Shown in pieces: positions 29,990-41,675 of a stretch of DNA of 64,000 nucleotides; positions within the stretch are counted from its first letter, which is position 1, and the number at the start of each line of letters is the position of its first letter. This DNA comes from Ancylonema sp. (taxonomy: Eukaryota). The notes under the pieces were generated by a model. The model made no database searches, had not been told where the DNA came from, and worked only from the letters and a program-made list of their open reading frames with translations. The stretch covers positions 62,001 to 126,000 of the forward strand of contig JBFLGF010000008.1 of the NCBI GenBank assembly GCA_050230475.1, in the 5' to 3' direction. The translations under genes and the position numbers were made by a program.

Positions 29990-30290
29990 TTCGTATCGCC
30001 TCCGGCGATGCTCTCCGGGGTACATCGCCTTCGGCGATGTACGTCAGATATCAAACAGTGTGACTGTAGGCCTGTTACGTGTCGCTTCCGGCGATACTCT
30101 CCGGGAAACATCGCCTTCGGCGATGTACGTCAGATATCAGTTCAATGGCGTTTAATTGGCCTCCGTATTTGAGTGAAGAGAGTGACTATATCCCTATTAC
30201 GTGTCACCTCCGGAGATACTCTCCGGGGTACATCGCTTTCGGCGATCTACGTTAGATATCAGTTTCACGTCGTTTAATTGGCCCCCGTAT
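29990..30290. repeat. ~90-120-bp tandem units containing the hairpin ACATCGCC-TTC-GGCGATGT (Helitron subterminal region)
   Basis: Three copies here, related copies at ~15050-15180, 19410-19460 and 34020-34060. Confidence 0.75.
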
Positions 30291-31022
30291 TCAGGTCGTG
30301 GAATCTTGTTAGATTCGTTGTACGGACAGGCGACAAAATCTTTCAGTTTTCATTAGAATCCCGCATCGGACAGGTGAGCGGCGTTCACTGAACCGTCGCA
30401 CCCCCCGATGCCGCCCGATTCGTAGCCACCCAATATTTTTATTTTTTCGAAAAAAATGCGATTCGGATCCGACAGACGCAGATCTTCGAGGAGAGTATCA
30501 GCGGGATATCCGTCGTCCGATTGAATTACAATAGGTCGGCGCACGGGTCTGCGAGGACGCCGTATATAATTCAGTGCGAGAGATTCGTCTCGCACGAATT
30601 TGGCATACCATCCGTACATATTCGCGGGTGAGCGAGGTTTCTGGGACTCCCAATTCTTATCGGCCGTTGAGAATCGCGTTATTAAGCTCGAATATGGTGC
30701 AGCCACCAAGGACAATTTGTGCGAAACGTATGCTAATTTGTCGCTCCATACTGCGTTCTCTCTTCATATAGTGTTTGAGATTTGAGATGAGATGAGATGA
30801 GACTACTTAGTTGTGCCCGTCTCCTGCGCGTGGCGCACGACCATTACCACATTGTCCTAGTCTTTTTCCCCAAATACAAATTGAATCAACCTTTCAACGT
30901 TGTCCTCCCTTACTGATAGCTTCAAGCTTTCTAGTAACCGAATACATTTGACCGCCTTGTAGTCTACTTCTACCACCCTCCCCTCCCCTATTTATAGAAA
31001 GAAATTCGCAAACTCCCTAGAG

Positions 31023-31715
31023 TTAGCGACGTCTTGTCCCGCGGCTTCCAGTGCTTAGACACGCATGTTTTGTTGAACGCGGATGCGCGTGACGTGCTCC
31101 GATAACCTTGCGCGGTTGAGGCACGTTGCGATGGCTTGGGCGGTCGAGCCACGAACGATAATGGGCAGGGTCTGGCGGAAGTCTCCTCCGAAGACCATCA
31201 ACTTGCCGCCGAACTCCACCCCAGTAGACATGATGTCTTGGAAAGTGGAGTTGACCGCGTTGAGCACTTTTTTGTTGGTGGTCACCGCCTCGTCGCATAT
31301 GATCATCTTCGCTTGGCGTAGGAGTTCGGCCAAGGAGGAATCCTTGCGTATCCTACTAAGAGGGGGGGGGGGAGGGTAAGGAGCGTCGTCAAAGTTAATG
31401 ATCCACGAAGAAGAAATTGGTTTTCAGTAGCCGTAAGTTTGAGCATTGATTACGGAAGTGTATTTGGAGAAGAGTTGTGCAATGTAGGCTTGTTACGTTG
31501 TAGTTACACACACCTGCAGGTAGAGTCATCTAGGCATGGAATGGGCACTTTGAAGCGGGAGTGGGCCGTACGGCCACCCGGCAGGAGGTGGGTGGCTATC
31601 CCGGACGACGCTACGCAAAGGACAATGAAGCCTTGCATCCTCATGTACGCTAGCAGGAGCGTGTAGAGGAACGTCTTCCCTGTACCCCCGGGTCCGTCTA
31701 TGAAAAATAGCCTCG
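31023..31715 (-). pseudogene. Helitron PIF1-family helicase remnant
   Basis: FFIDGPGGTGKTFLY (Walker A), VASSGIA..LLPGGRTAHSRFKVP, IICDEA (Walker B), FGGKLMVFGGDFRQTLPI. Truncated, with a probable intron at ~31350-31514. Confidence 0.9.
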
Positions 31716-31838
31716 GCTGCACACGTAGACGGGTGACGGGTGTGAGCGTAAATTGCACTCGTCGTTTTGTTTCCGGGCAACACATGGATAGTTGTGCCCA
31801 CAACTATTGGTTTTTTTTTTTTTTTTTTTTTTTTTTCC

Positions 31839-31884
<46 letters not shown>

Positions 31885-31914
31885 TTATCCTGTTTATTTA
31901 TATATATTTGTATA

Positions 31915-32285
31915 TAATATGTATGTATGTATGCATATATGCATATATGTCTTTATGTAAGTAACTTAGTAGTTAATAAGTAAGTAAGTAAATAAATATT
32001 TATGTATGTATCTATGTATGTATGTATGTACGTATGTATGTATGTTTGTATGTATCTAATATGTATGTATGAATATATGTATGCATGCATGTATTTTTGT
32101 ATGCATGTATGTATGTATGTATGTATGTATGTATGTATGTATATATGTATTTATCTATGTATGTACGTACATACGTACGTATGTATGAATGTATGTATGT
32201 ATGTATGTATGTATGTATTTATGTATGTATGTATGTATGTTTGTATGTATGTATATATGTAAGTACGTATGTATGTATGTAGATA
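31915..32285. repeat. (TATG)n microsatellite
   Basis: Directly visible. Confidence 0.93.
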
Positions 32286-32394
32286 GATAGGTAGGTAGTT
32301 ATTATGTGTGTATGTGTGTGTATATATATTTGTATATACTTATATGTAGATTTATATCTAAAACTCCTTCCATATACCTAACCACTACCCTTAT

Positions 32395-32745
32395 CCCTAC
32401 CCCTACACCTAGTCATACCCCTACCCCTACGACTCCCCCTCACCCTACCCCTACCCCCCTACCCCTACCCCTACTCGCACCCCTACCCCTACTCCTACCC
32501 CTACCCTTACCCCTACCACTACCCCTACCCTTACCCCTACCCCTACCCCTACCCCTATCCCTACCCCTACCCCTACCCCTAACCCTACCCCTTCCCCTAC
32601 CCTACCCGTATGCACTACCCCTATCTCTACCCCTACACCTACCCCTATCCCTACCCCTACTTCTACCCTTACCCCTACCCCTACCCGTACCCCTACCCCT
32701 ACCCCTACCGCTACCCCTCCCCCTATCCCTACCCCTACCCCTCCT
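32395..32745. repeat. (CCCTAC)n hexamer repeat
   Basis: Directly visible; shorter copy at 21840-21915. Confidence 0.92.
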
Positions 32746-32767
32746 CTATGCGTACCCTGGTTATATC

Positions 32768-33245
<478 letters not shown>

Positions 33246-34631
33246 TTGTATACTTTTTCGATTATGAATATTTACATTTGCATATTATCAAACTTAAGGA
33301 AGCCTAGTATGATAGTAATAAACCGTAGAAATCTATATATTCCTGTGATCATACTTCTTATGAGCACCATTATTGCGTAATCTACTGACATTTACTTCAA
33401 ACCTAGTAAACCTCTGAACTAAACCCAAGAGCCGGTAGACCAAGCTTAACACTAAACCCAAGTTTCACCATATGTTTGAACCCATATTTATGTACGTTGA
33501 CAACGTATCCATCGATTACCAGCAAATTCAATTTTCTGCGCTTCAGCAAGCTTGTAGGGAGTTCACTTCATTCAGTTGTATTTTTGCATTCAAGCTTCTT
33601 GCAGCAGGCTTCTGCAGCCTTGTGCGACCTGCGCCGTCTTGCATGCCTACCTACAGACACGATATGATGTACAACAATAGATGTATCCTTCGCTACATTG
33701 TAGCATTTGTTGTCCTCTGGTAAGACATCCCTGAATAAAATACAGGCTACGTACGCTTACTCAGTGTTGAATCGATGTCGTTGCTCCACTTTCGAATTTT
33801 CGGTTCGCCAGAATGTCGCATGCCAACTTGATGAAACTGCAGATGAAATCGCAGACATGCAGACATTAGTGACCTAAAGTTCCTGCATAATTTCGGTGCA
33901 AGGTTTAAGATTTCCTCACATATTATATTTCCAGCAACTTGTAATTTCGCAGAAATTGTGACTCTAGGTGGTTACATATCATGTCTCAGAAAGTTAGTTT
34001 AGGTTGGGTGACATATAGCCTCCGGCGATACTCTCCTTTGTATATCGCCTTCGGCGATATACGAAATGTCAGTGTGGGATCCGCCGATACCTTATTGTAC
34101 CCGCAGGTTGTCGCATGTCGGGGCCTATTTTGTTTTATGATTTGACCACGGCCCCGTTTTCGTCGTGTAGCCAAAATACGGGGCCCGGTTTTCGAGCAGA
34201 CTTCGATGCATTTTGACATCTGTCGGCATCTCCCTGGCCGGTTAGTTGATTTTCGGCCGTCTATTTCATATTTTTTAGATATTTTTTAAATTGAACCCGA
34301 GTGGAGGCCTACGGGCCGTCGGATGCCCCATCGTTCGCGCTAACAATTTTATTTTCCGGCATGCGGGATTCGAATCTCCGCATGGCCACGTCGTCCAAAT
34401 AAACTGTCCCACGAACCTGCGGGACCGCGCATAGGCGGACAAACCTATAGATGCGGTGCGTGCATCCATATATATTCGGCCGGAAGAGGTGTAGTTGGGC
34501 CGTTGGGATATGAGGTTTGAGCCGGCATTCTCAGGCGGCCACGGCCGCAAGGCGCCGAAGCCAGCATGGATCGCATGCTGGAGTCTGGTCAATTTTGTCC
34601 GATACCCTTCCTCTACTCGTAAGGGTAGTTA

Positions 34632-34711
34632 TGAGATGAGATTTGAGATTTGAGATGAGATGAGATTTGAGATGAGATGAGATGAGATTTGAGATGAGAT
34701 TTGAGATGAGA
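34632..34711 (-). repeat. Array of 14 TCTCA/TCTCAAA units at the Helitron 5' border
   Basis: 9 x TGAGA and 5 x TTTGAGA on the plus strand. Confidence 0.9.
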
Positions 34712-34723
34712 TAATAATTTACA

Positions 34724-37700
34724 GGGCTTACCTAGGTTAGCGTCCCAATTCCATAACGACGTCCAATTCTCAGCGAGTTCCTCGTGTCCACCTACAAGTA
34801 TGGACGGGGACAGTAGATACGGCTCGAAGCGGACTACATTTCCGAGAGCCGTCGATTCTAATTTGTCGTTCTCGCCCTCAAGACTTGAACTTGTCTCTGA
34901 GTTCCTCTCTTTTGATGTCCTCACAACTTCTTCTTCTCTAACTTCTGAATGTTGCTCATGTCTTATAGTTATAATTTTGTATCGATGAATGTTGGTAAAG
35001 TCTCATAATGTCACAATGTGGTATTGTGCTGCTCTCACTAAGTAGTATTGCAGATTGAGTCTCTGCTGAGATATCAATATTATATCTATCACACGTCTCA
35101 GCGGTCTGGTGAAATTCACTACTTAACGTTGAGGGCAAGCTAAGAGATGGTTTACAGTACAAAAGTCTGTGAAAATACTGTAAAGCAAACAAGATAGTCT
35201 GGTGCAAACTATCAAGGTTAACAGCCGTAAGAGTTACCTTCGGTGCGAAAGCAAAGTATCGACGGCGCGTCGATAAAAGATGCTGGCTCAGAAAGAGCGT
35301 CAACACACAGATGTAAACAACAAATGCTGGCTCGGAGCGAGCGACAGCAACACACACACACACAAAATGAAATTGCCGGTTCGGAGCGAACGCAGAAAAA
35401 TCGACAAATGTTACACACACACACACGCTTGCTGGCTCAAAGAGAGCATCAGCAAATCGGTGTAAGAAATTACAGTCGATAGCAAGGCTGGCTCAGAAAG
35501 AGCGTCAGCAAAAAATTCAGATGAATCACAAATACACACACACACAGATTGCAAAGAATGATTTGCAGAACATATCGTCTGGCTGACAGATGTCAGGCTG
35601 AGACGAAAGACGAGCACGTTGTGAAGTCGCCTAAGCAAAGAGATGCAATATTCACAGAATTGCAAGGATTCAGATAACACACAAAGATTGTTGGAAGGGA
35701 TTTCTTAAGAGCGCAATCTGACAACGGAAGCTGGCATATCTGAAAGCACAATTGACTTTTATCTCAAAAGTTGTTGCACGGTGCCCGGTGCGTCATACAA
35801 ACGTACGATTGCAGCAAGCGTGAATAACAACAGAGATATAACTTTACCTGTTGGTCTTGTAAGTGAAATCGATGACAAGTACATGATGATACAAGAGGGC
35901 GTATTTCCGGTTTGGAACATAAGCGAATAAGAGTCTCTTGAGTGTGTCGTCGTCACTTGTCTGCATGACGTAAGTCCATTTCTCCTTTTGCTCGAGCTCC
36001 TTCACCAACGCTTGGGTGGGAGTATAACCACCCAATTCTTTCTTCCTCTCTAATAGTTTTATATTGCCGACGTCTCTAGCTAAGAGCAACTTATTGGATG
36101 CCACACCAACTATTTGTTTGGGCGCTACGTTTGCGTTAGACAACTCCATTATTTGTTGAACATCCTCTACCGTAGGGCGACGCACTTGTGGATGACCTAA
36201 CAAATCAGGGGTGGGGCCGTGATTATGCGTTCCGTCTACGACCTTCAACTTCCACCCTACGTGTGTCAATTTAGCTGACATCCTATAAGACGTGTTCCTC
36301 TTTTGCGCTTTCGCATATGATCTTGCAAATTACGACGGTTGAAATACTTCCCCCCACGATCACACCTATATGTGACCCACTTGTTTTTTTTTGAATTATT
36401 GTGGGTGACAACATAGCCATGGCTATTAGCAAATGCCTGTAGGAACACATACAACTCCTCTAGCGTCTCATAGACACTAGTGTCAGGGGGTACTGTGAGG
36501 GGAACTCGCGGGATGTGCTCGGGTGGCGGGACTTCCTGGGGTACAGAGGTGTTTGGTGGTTGAGAATGGTTGGGAGGAGGTGGGTTGACACCTTTATCAG
36601 GAGCGACCGAACCTGTATTCATACGGTGGTAAGACAAGAAAAATAAATAACTACTGCTCTAATCCAGATGTTTCCAGTATTTATGGGAGTTCATATTATA
36701 TTTTTGGAGTTAATAACATATATATAAGTTAATGGTACCTATGTATATAACTATACATATACATATACATATACATATTGATATACAAGTACATATACAT
36801 ATACACTACATGGACATGTACATATATATGTACATGTTTGTGTACACAAGTACATGTACATGTACATGACACGTACATGTAGATGTCAATGCTCATGTAC
36901 ATGTACAAAGACATATACATGTACATGTACATGTACTTGAGCATTGACGTGTACATGTACGTGTACATATACATGTTCGTGTAGTTGTTAAGTCAAGGTA
37001 CATCTTTATTCATCTATTTCTCATTATATATCAATCTAAATTTATGATTCCAATTGTACACATTCGGTACACCTTGTATACTACACCCTAAAACTTGCTA
37101 GACATTTATAAACTATATATGGCTGAAGGAAATAGAAGGACTCTTTGTAACTCCCTCCTCACTTCGGAGAGAATAACTTACCAACAGAATTTACTCCGAT
37201 AATGTGAGGTGCACCGTGTTGGAGAACCGACACGAATATGACAACGAACAACAATCGCCCCATCCTGGTTCACAGCGCTAGTACTAAATGTAATTCAGAA
37301 TCAACTACAGGACAATGAAGGACATGATAATATGTAACAACATGAAAAAGACGATGTCATTTGTCTCATTATACGCTACTTCAAGACCTATACCACAAGG
37401 GTAGGCTACAATCCAGCACGTCTTTCGAATGTTGTATACTTAAAGCGGCTGAAGAACATACTCATACTAAATATTAGATAATCAAATAGAGCATCCTTTC
37501 TTTCTTCTAGGTCGCGTGATGACAAACATCAGTAACACAAATTCACGAATGTGAAAAATGCACTCCCCAACTTTACAGCATGAAGAAGGTTCATCAAAAA
37601 TCTATTTTTTAACCTGATAATGTACTCAACACACGAGCTATCACCCTTGAATCGGTTCGGATCACGAAGCCAACTTAGAATGCGTCACGCAATAACCATG

Positions 37701-38163
37701 TTACAGCATCGCACCCACGACAAACACCGGAGGAAGAGACAGTAACTTTTCTGTAAGTAGAGAATCTCGTCTCTAGTCTGACAGAAAGGTGACACAAATC
37801 CGACGTACCCCCCGCCGAATAAACCCTGGACCGCATGCGGCCGACGTCTGGGTCATGAGTCATGACCCCGTCGATCGTAACATGCCGGTAACCACGCTGA
37901 CGGGCTACCGCGATCTACAAGGTTCGTGGACCGGGGTTTTTTACATCAGTACTGGTTTTTGCAACGGCCACGTTGCTTAGATGGGACGTACGATTTTTTT
38001 GCGAGATTCGGGTGAGAACGACAAATTAGAATCGACGGCTCTCGGAAATGTAGTGCTTCCAGCCGTATCTATAGTCCCCGTCCATACTTGTAGGTGGGCA
38101 CGAGGAAATCGCTGAGAATTGGACGTCGACTTAAGGAATTGGGACGTCGACCTAGGTAAGCCC
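34724..38163 (-). mobile_element. Mutator-like element (MULE) with ~150-bp TIRs
   Basis: TIRs 34724-~34875 and ~38010-38163 (GGGCTTACCTAGG..). Degenerate 9-bp TSD TAATTTACA / TACTTTATA (7/9). Internal FAR1/MULE remnant. Confidence 0.9.
35780..36637 (-). pseudogene. FAR1/MULE transposase remnant
   Basis: YETLEELYVFLQAFANSHGY..YRCDRGG..TRLIGC / WKLKVVDGTHNH (FAR1-type DNA-binding domain) and VLVIDFTYKTNR (first catalytic D of MULE). Frameshifted and truncated. Confidence 0.85.
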
Positions 38164-38641
38164 TACTTTATATGCATTTGTATATTGTTTTGTAAATGTT
38201 TTCATACTCAAAATGTCCATTTTACCCGCCCACCCGCCATTTTTGGCGGGTCGGCGGGTGCATCGCGGGTGGGGCGAGTGGAAGGCGGGTGGAGGGCGGG
38301 TGGGGGGTGCTGGCGGGTCGAAGGCGGGTGGCGGGTCCGTTTTCAACCCACCCGGAGGTATCTGGCGGGTGGGCCCCAATGCAGCAAAGAGTTCCTAGCT
38401 AGATTAATATCCTGGCTAACACAATAAACCCGCCCGATTCGAACGTACGGGTAATTCGTAAATGTCACAACCGTACCGTGTCACACGGTACGGTTGTGAC
38501 ATTACCCCCAAAAAAAAACTCTTTAGTTTGACCGGTTTTGGAACGCTTCTGTTTCAAACTGCACCTCAGCCATACCAACGGGCTACGACGCCACTGGCAC
38601 TACATCAATTTGCCCCAATCGCCTCCATCGAGTACTGGGTC

Positions 38642-41600
38642 ATGGCGGGGAGGTTTGCAGGAATCCGGATGATTGGTGGGTATATTTACCCTCTCTTATC
38701 AATGCGATACGACATCCTCGTATTTAGATGTGGATAGTTGTGTCCCCCATGGTGGTCTAGCCGTACTTACTTTGTATTTCACTGTTTTCTTCATCTGCGC
38801 AGAAATCGCCGCCAACCTCACAGGTAAGCATTGAAGTTTCATTCTCGACCAGATTGCCTGAACTATAGCGCATTTCCCCTTTTTAACAACGACGTCAGGC
38901 CGAGAAGGAAGCTAGCGCGCTGTCTTGTAGTTAGCTCACACCAGACTATGGATTTGACTATGCTGCGATGCGGCATTCGAACACAAGCACTGTTGCCAGC
39001 CAACTCCCACGGATGACTCATTTTCTCTGGGAGCAGACGACATGTTCAAAGGCATCTACCATGGGAAGCAGGCGCATCCTCCAGACCTATCTGCTGTCCT
39101 TGCCCGGGCGTGGGAAGCAGGAGTTGAACGACTCATTGTGCGACACCCGACCCCTACGCCTTGTGCATCTTGCCTCATGTCTGACAGCCGTCATACGTAC
39201 GGCGCATGCGCACCTACGATGCGTAGAAGCACAGACATTCCGTATAACGAGTAGACTATGTTCACTTGTTCAACCAAAACGTCCCGTTGGCTTTGCCTCC
39301 CCCACTGTCCACCTCAGGTGACAGGTGGCAGCCTCGCAGAGTCCCGAGAAGCCCTAGCCCTTGCAGAAACGGATGGTAAGTTGCATTCTTCTGAACCCTG
39401 GCTCAAAAGCAGGCCCTTCCAGCTGGCCAATCCATTTTGCCCGCCCCTCTGGAGGGTACAGCCCGCCTCTTCTGCACAGTTGGAGTCCATCCAACCCGTT
39501 GCATGGTGAGCGGGTAACCGCCCCCGAACGTCAGCGGGTATGATAGGAACTCACTGGGTGGGTGCAGGAGTTTGAGGCGGGTGGGGATTCGGTTGGCCAC
39601 CTGGAACAGTTGGCACAGCTGGCGAGGGAGGGGGCAGCGGAGGGGAAGGTGGGGAACCACTAGCGATGACGAAACCCTGATCCGAGAACCCTAAAATCCT
39701 ATAGCCCTTAACCTGAGGGGGTGACGAAGTGGTTCATAAATGATAAAATGATGATGGTAAAGCTGTCTGCTGATTGGTGCTTCAAATTTGGCCATGCGGC
39801 CTTAGTCACTGGTTCCAATGGTTCGTTTCCGTTACTGGTTCCCATTTTTCATGTGGCCAAATTGCTACCATCATGACACGTGTCATTCACTTGGTCTGCC
39901 AGGTGGTTGCCATCGGCGAATGCGGGTTGGATTACGATCGTTTGCAGTTCTGTCCCGCAGAAACCCAGAAAAGGTCCGTTTCTGGAGTGAGAAACAGGTA
40001 GAAAAGGCACAAAGGCAGGGAGGCAGATAGTCCCCTAAGCCTAGTCTACGATTCCGCTCTCTTCCACCTTCCACCTCTCGTAAATGCCCAGACGCGTCCA
40101 AAAGTGTATTTTGCCACGGCAAAGACGAGTGGGTGGGGGTTCCGCCACAGGGGCGCAGGTGGTTTGAGGCGCAATTCGCCCTGGCAGAATCCACCTCCCT
40201 CCCCATGTTCCTCCACCTAAGAGCAGCGGCAAAAGACTTCCTTGAAATCGTGAACCGGAACAACGCCAGGTGAGAACAAGCCCCGGGTGTGGCGGGGGCG
40301 GGTTCCCATACCCTGTTTTTCGTATCGGATTCGAATATCTCGTATCGGATTCCCATTCTGATGGGGGAAGGGATGCCGTACCAGATTCGTATGTGGCGTC
40401 GTCCACTCCTTCACGGGTTCTGCCGCAGAGAGGGATCAAGTGCTCGCCAATCCGAAGCTATTTCTAGGTGGGAATGGCGGGATGAAAGCGCGTAGAGGTC
40501 AAGAGTAGGGGTGAGATCTTGACGTTCTAGGGTTAACGTCAACGGTTGACTTTTTGACGGAAACATTCGCGTGCAATGGCATTTGTGCATGGAACATGTT
40601 CCCAAAGGTGGTCCTTCTTCTTCTCCTCTGCCTCCACTCTTTTCTGCGGAAGGAGATTGGCGGATGAACATAGGAAATGGTGTTGTATGCAAGGGGTCCG
40701 TGTGCAGGTGTGAACGGGTGCTCGTTGAAAACGGCGGAGAATTTGGAGGTGATGGCGGGGATACCTTTGGATCGATTGCTCATCGAAACCGATTCTCCGT
40801 ACTGTGAGATCCGACCCACACATGCGGGCTTCGCCCACGTGGCGACATCCTGGCCGTCGAGGAAAAAGGAAAAGTATGACGAGGGATGCGTGGTGAAGAA
40901 CCGCAACGAGCCGTGCATGCTTGGGTGAGAGGTCGGGAGGTTGGCGGTGGAGGCTGGGGGTAGAATTGCGGTTATCGTTTATGGGGTTCTTGGTCATGCA
41001 CTAATCGGATTCTAGCTGAATTATATCAAGCTTTGTTTGGTGCACAATGCCAGGCGTGCGTTTTGATTTCTTTGGTTGTAGTGGAGCATACAATATATTA
41101 TATTATTATATAATATAATATAATATTTTATTGTATTATTATTATTACTTTTTTTTTATTTATTTTTTTAATATTATTATTACTGTATCATATTTTTTCC
41201 ATTGTCGTGTGCACACAAGTATTTCAAGTAGCCATTGGAGGATCCGTTTGGGAAAAAATGAGGTTGGAAGATGGTTGATAGATAGACCAAGAGAGCCAAA
41301 CACACCAAGCTAAGTTTGAGTTATGTCTCAAGTCAAATCTGAATTCGACTAGAAAATCATATGCACCGTGACGGTGAGACCTGAAGTAGGAGAGGCGTTT
41401 ACAAATGAACCCTTCATAGAGGGTGTGGCGAGGGTGTGGCGTTTACAAATGAACCCTTCATAGAAGGTTTGACTATATTCAGAGAAATGAGTTAGCCGAC
41501 GGCACATTATTGCAAACTACAAATGTAATCTCATGTCTTTTAATCTGACACTGTCATCCCTCCCCTCGTCCTCAAAACCTCCGGCTTTGCTTACGGGCCG

Positions 41601-41675
41601 TAGTCATCCACCCCCTCTTCTTTTTTTGTGTCATCTTCTGACAGTCAAGTATTGGAAGTGGTGGGTGGGCGGTGA
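38642..41675 (+). CDS. TATDN1: TatD-family DNase (TATDN1 orthologue), ~11 exons, premature TGA in the last recognisable exon
   Basis: Exons 38642-38675, 38803-38823, 39037-39137, ~39318-39375, ~39462-39505, ~39568-39648, ~39903-39973, ~40159-40269, ~40385-40467, 40708-40924, 41645-41675. They give [82 protein letters not shown] and QVLEVV. Confidence 0.9.

Noticed and set aside
29990..30290. CRISPR-like hairpin repeats with spacers
   Set aside because: Eukaryotic context, no cas genes, and the spacers resemble each other; these are Helitron subterminal tandem repeats
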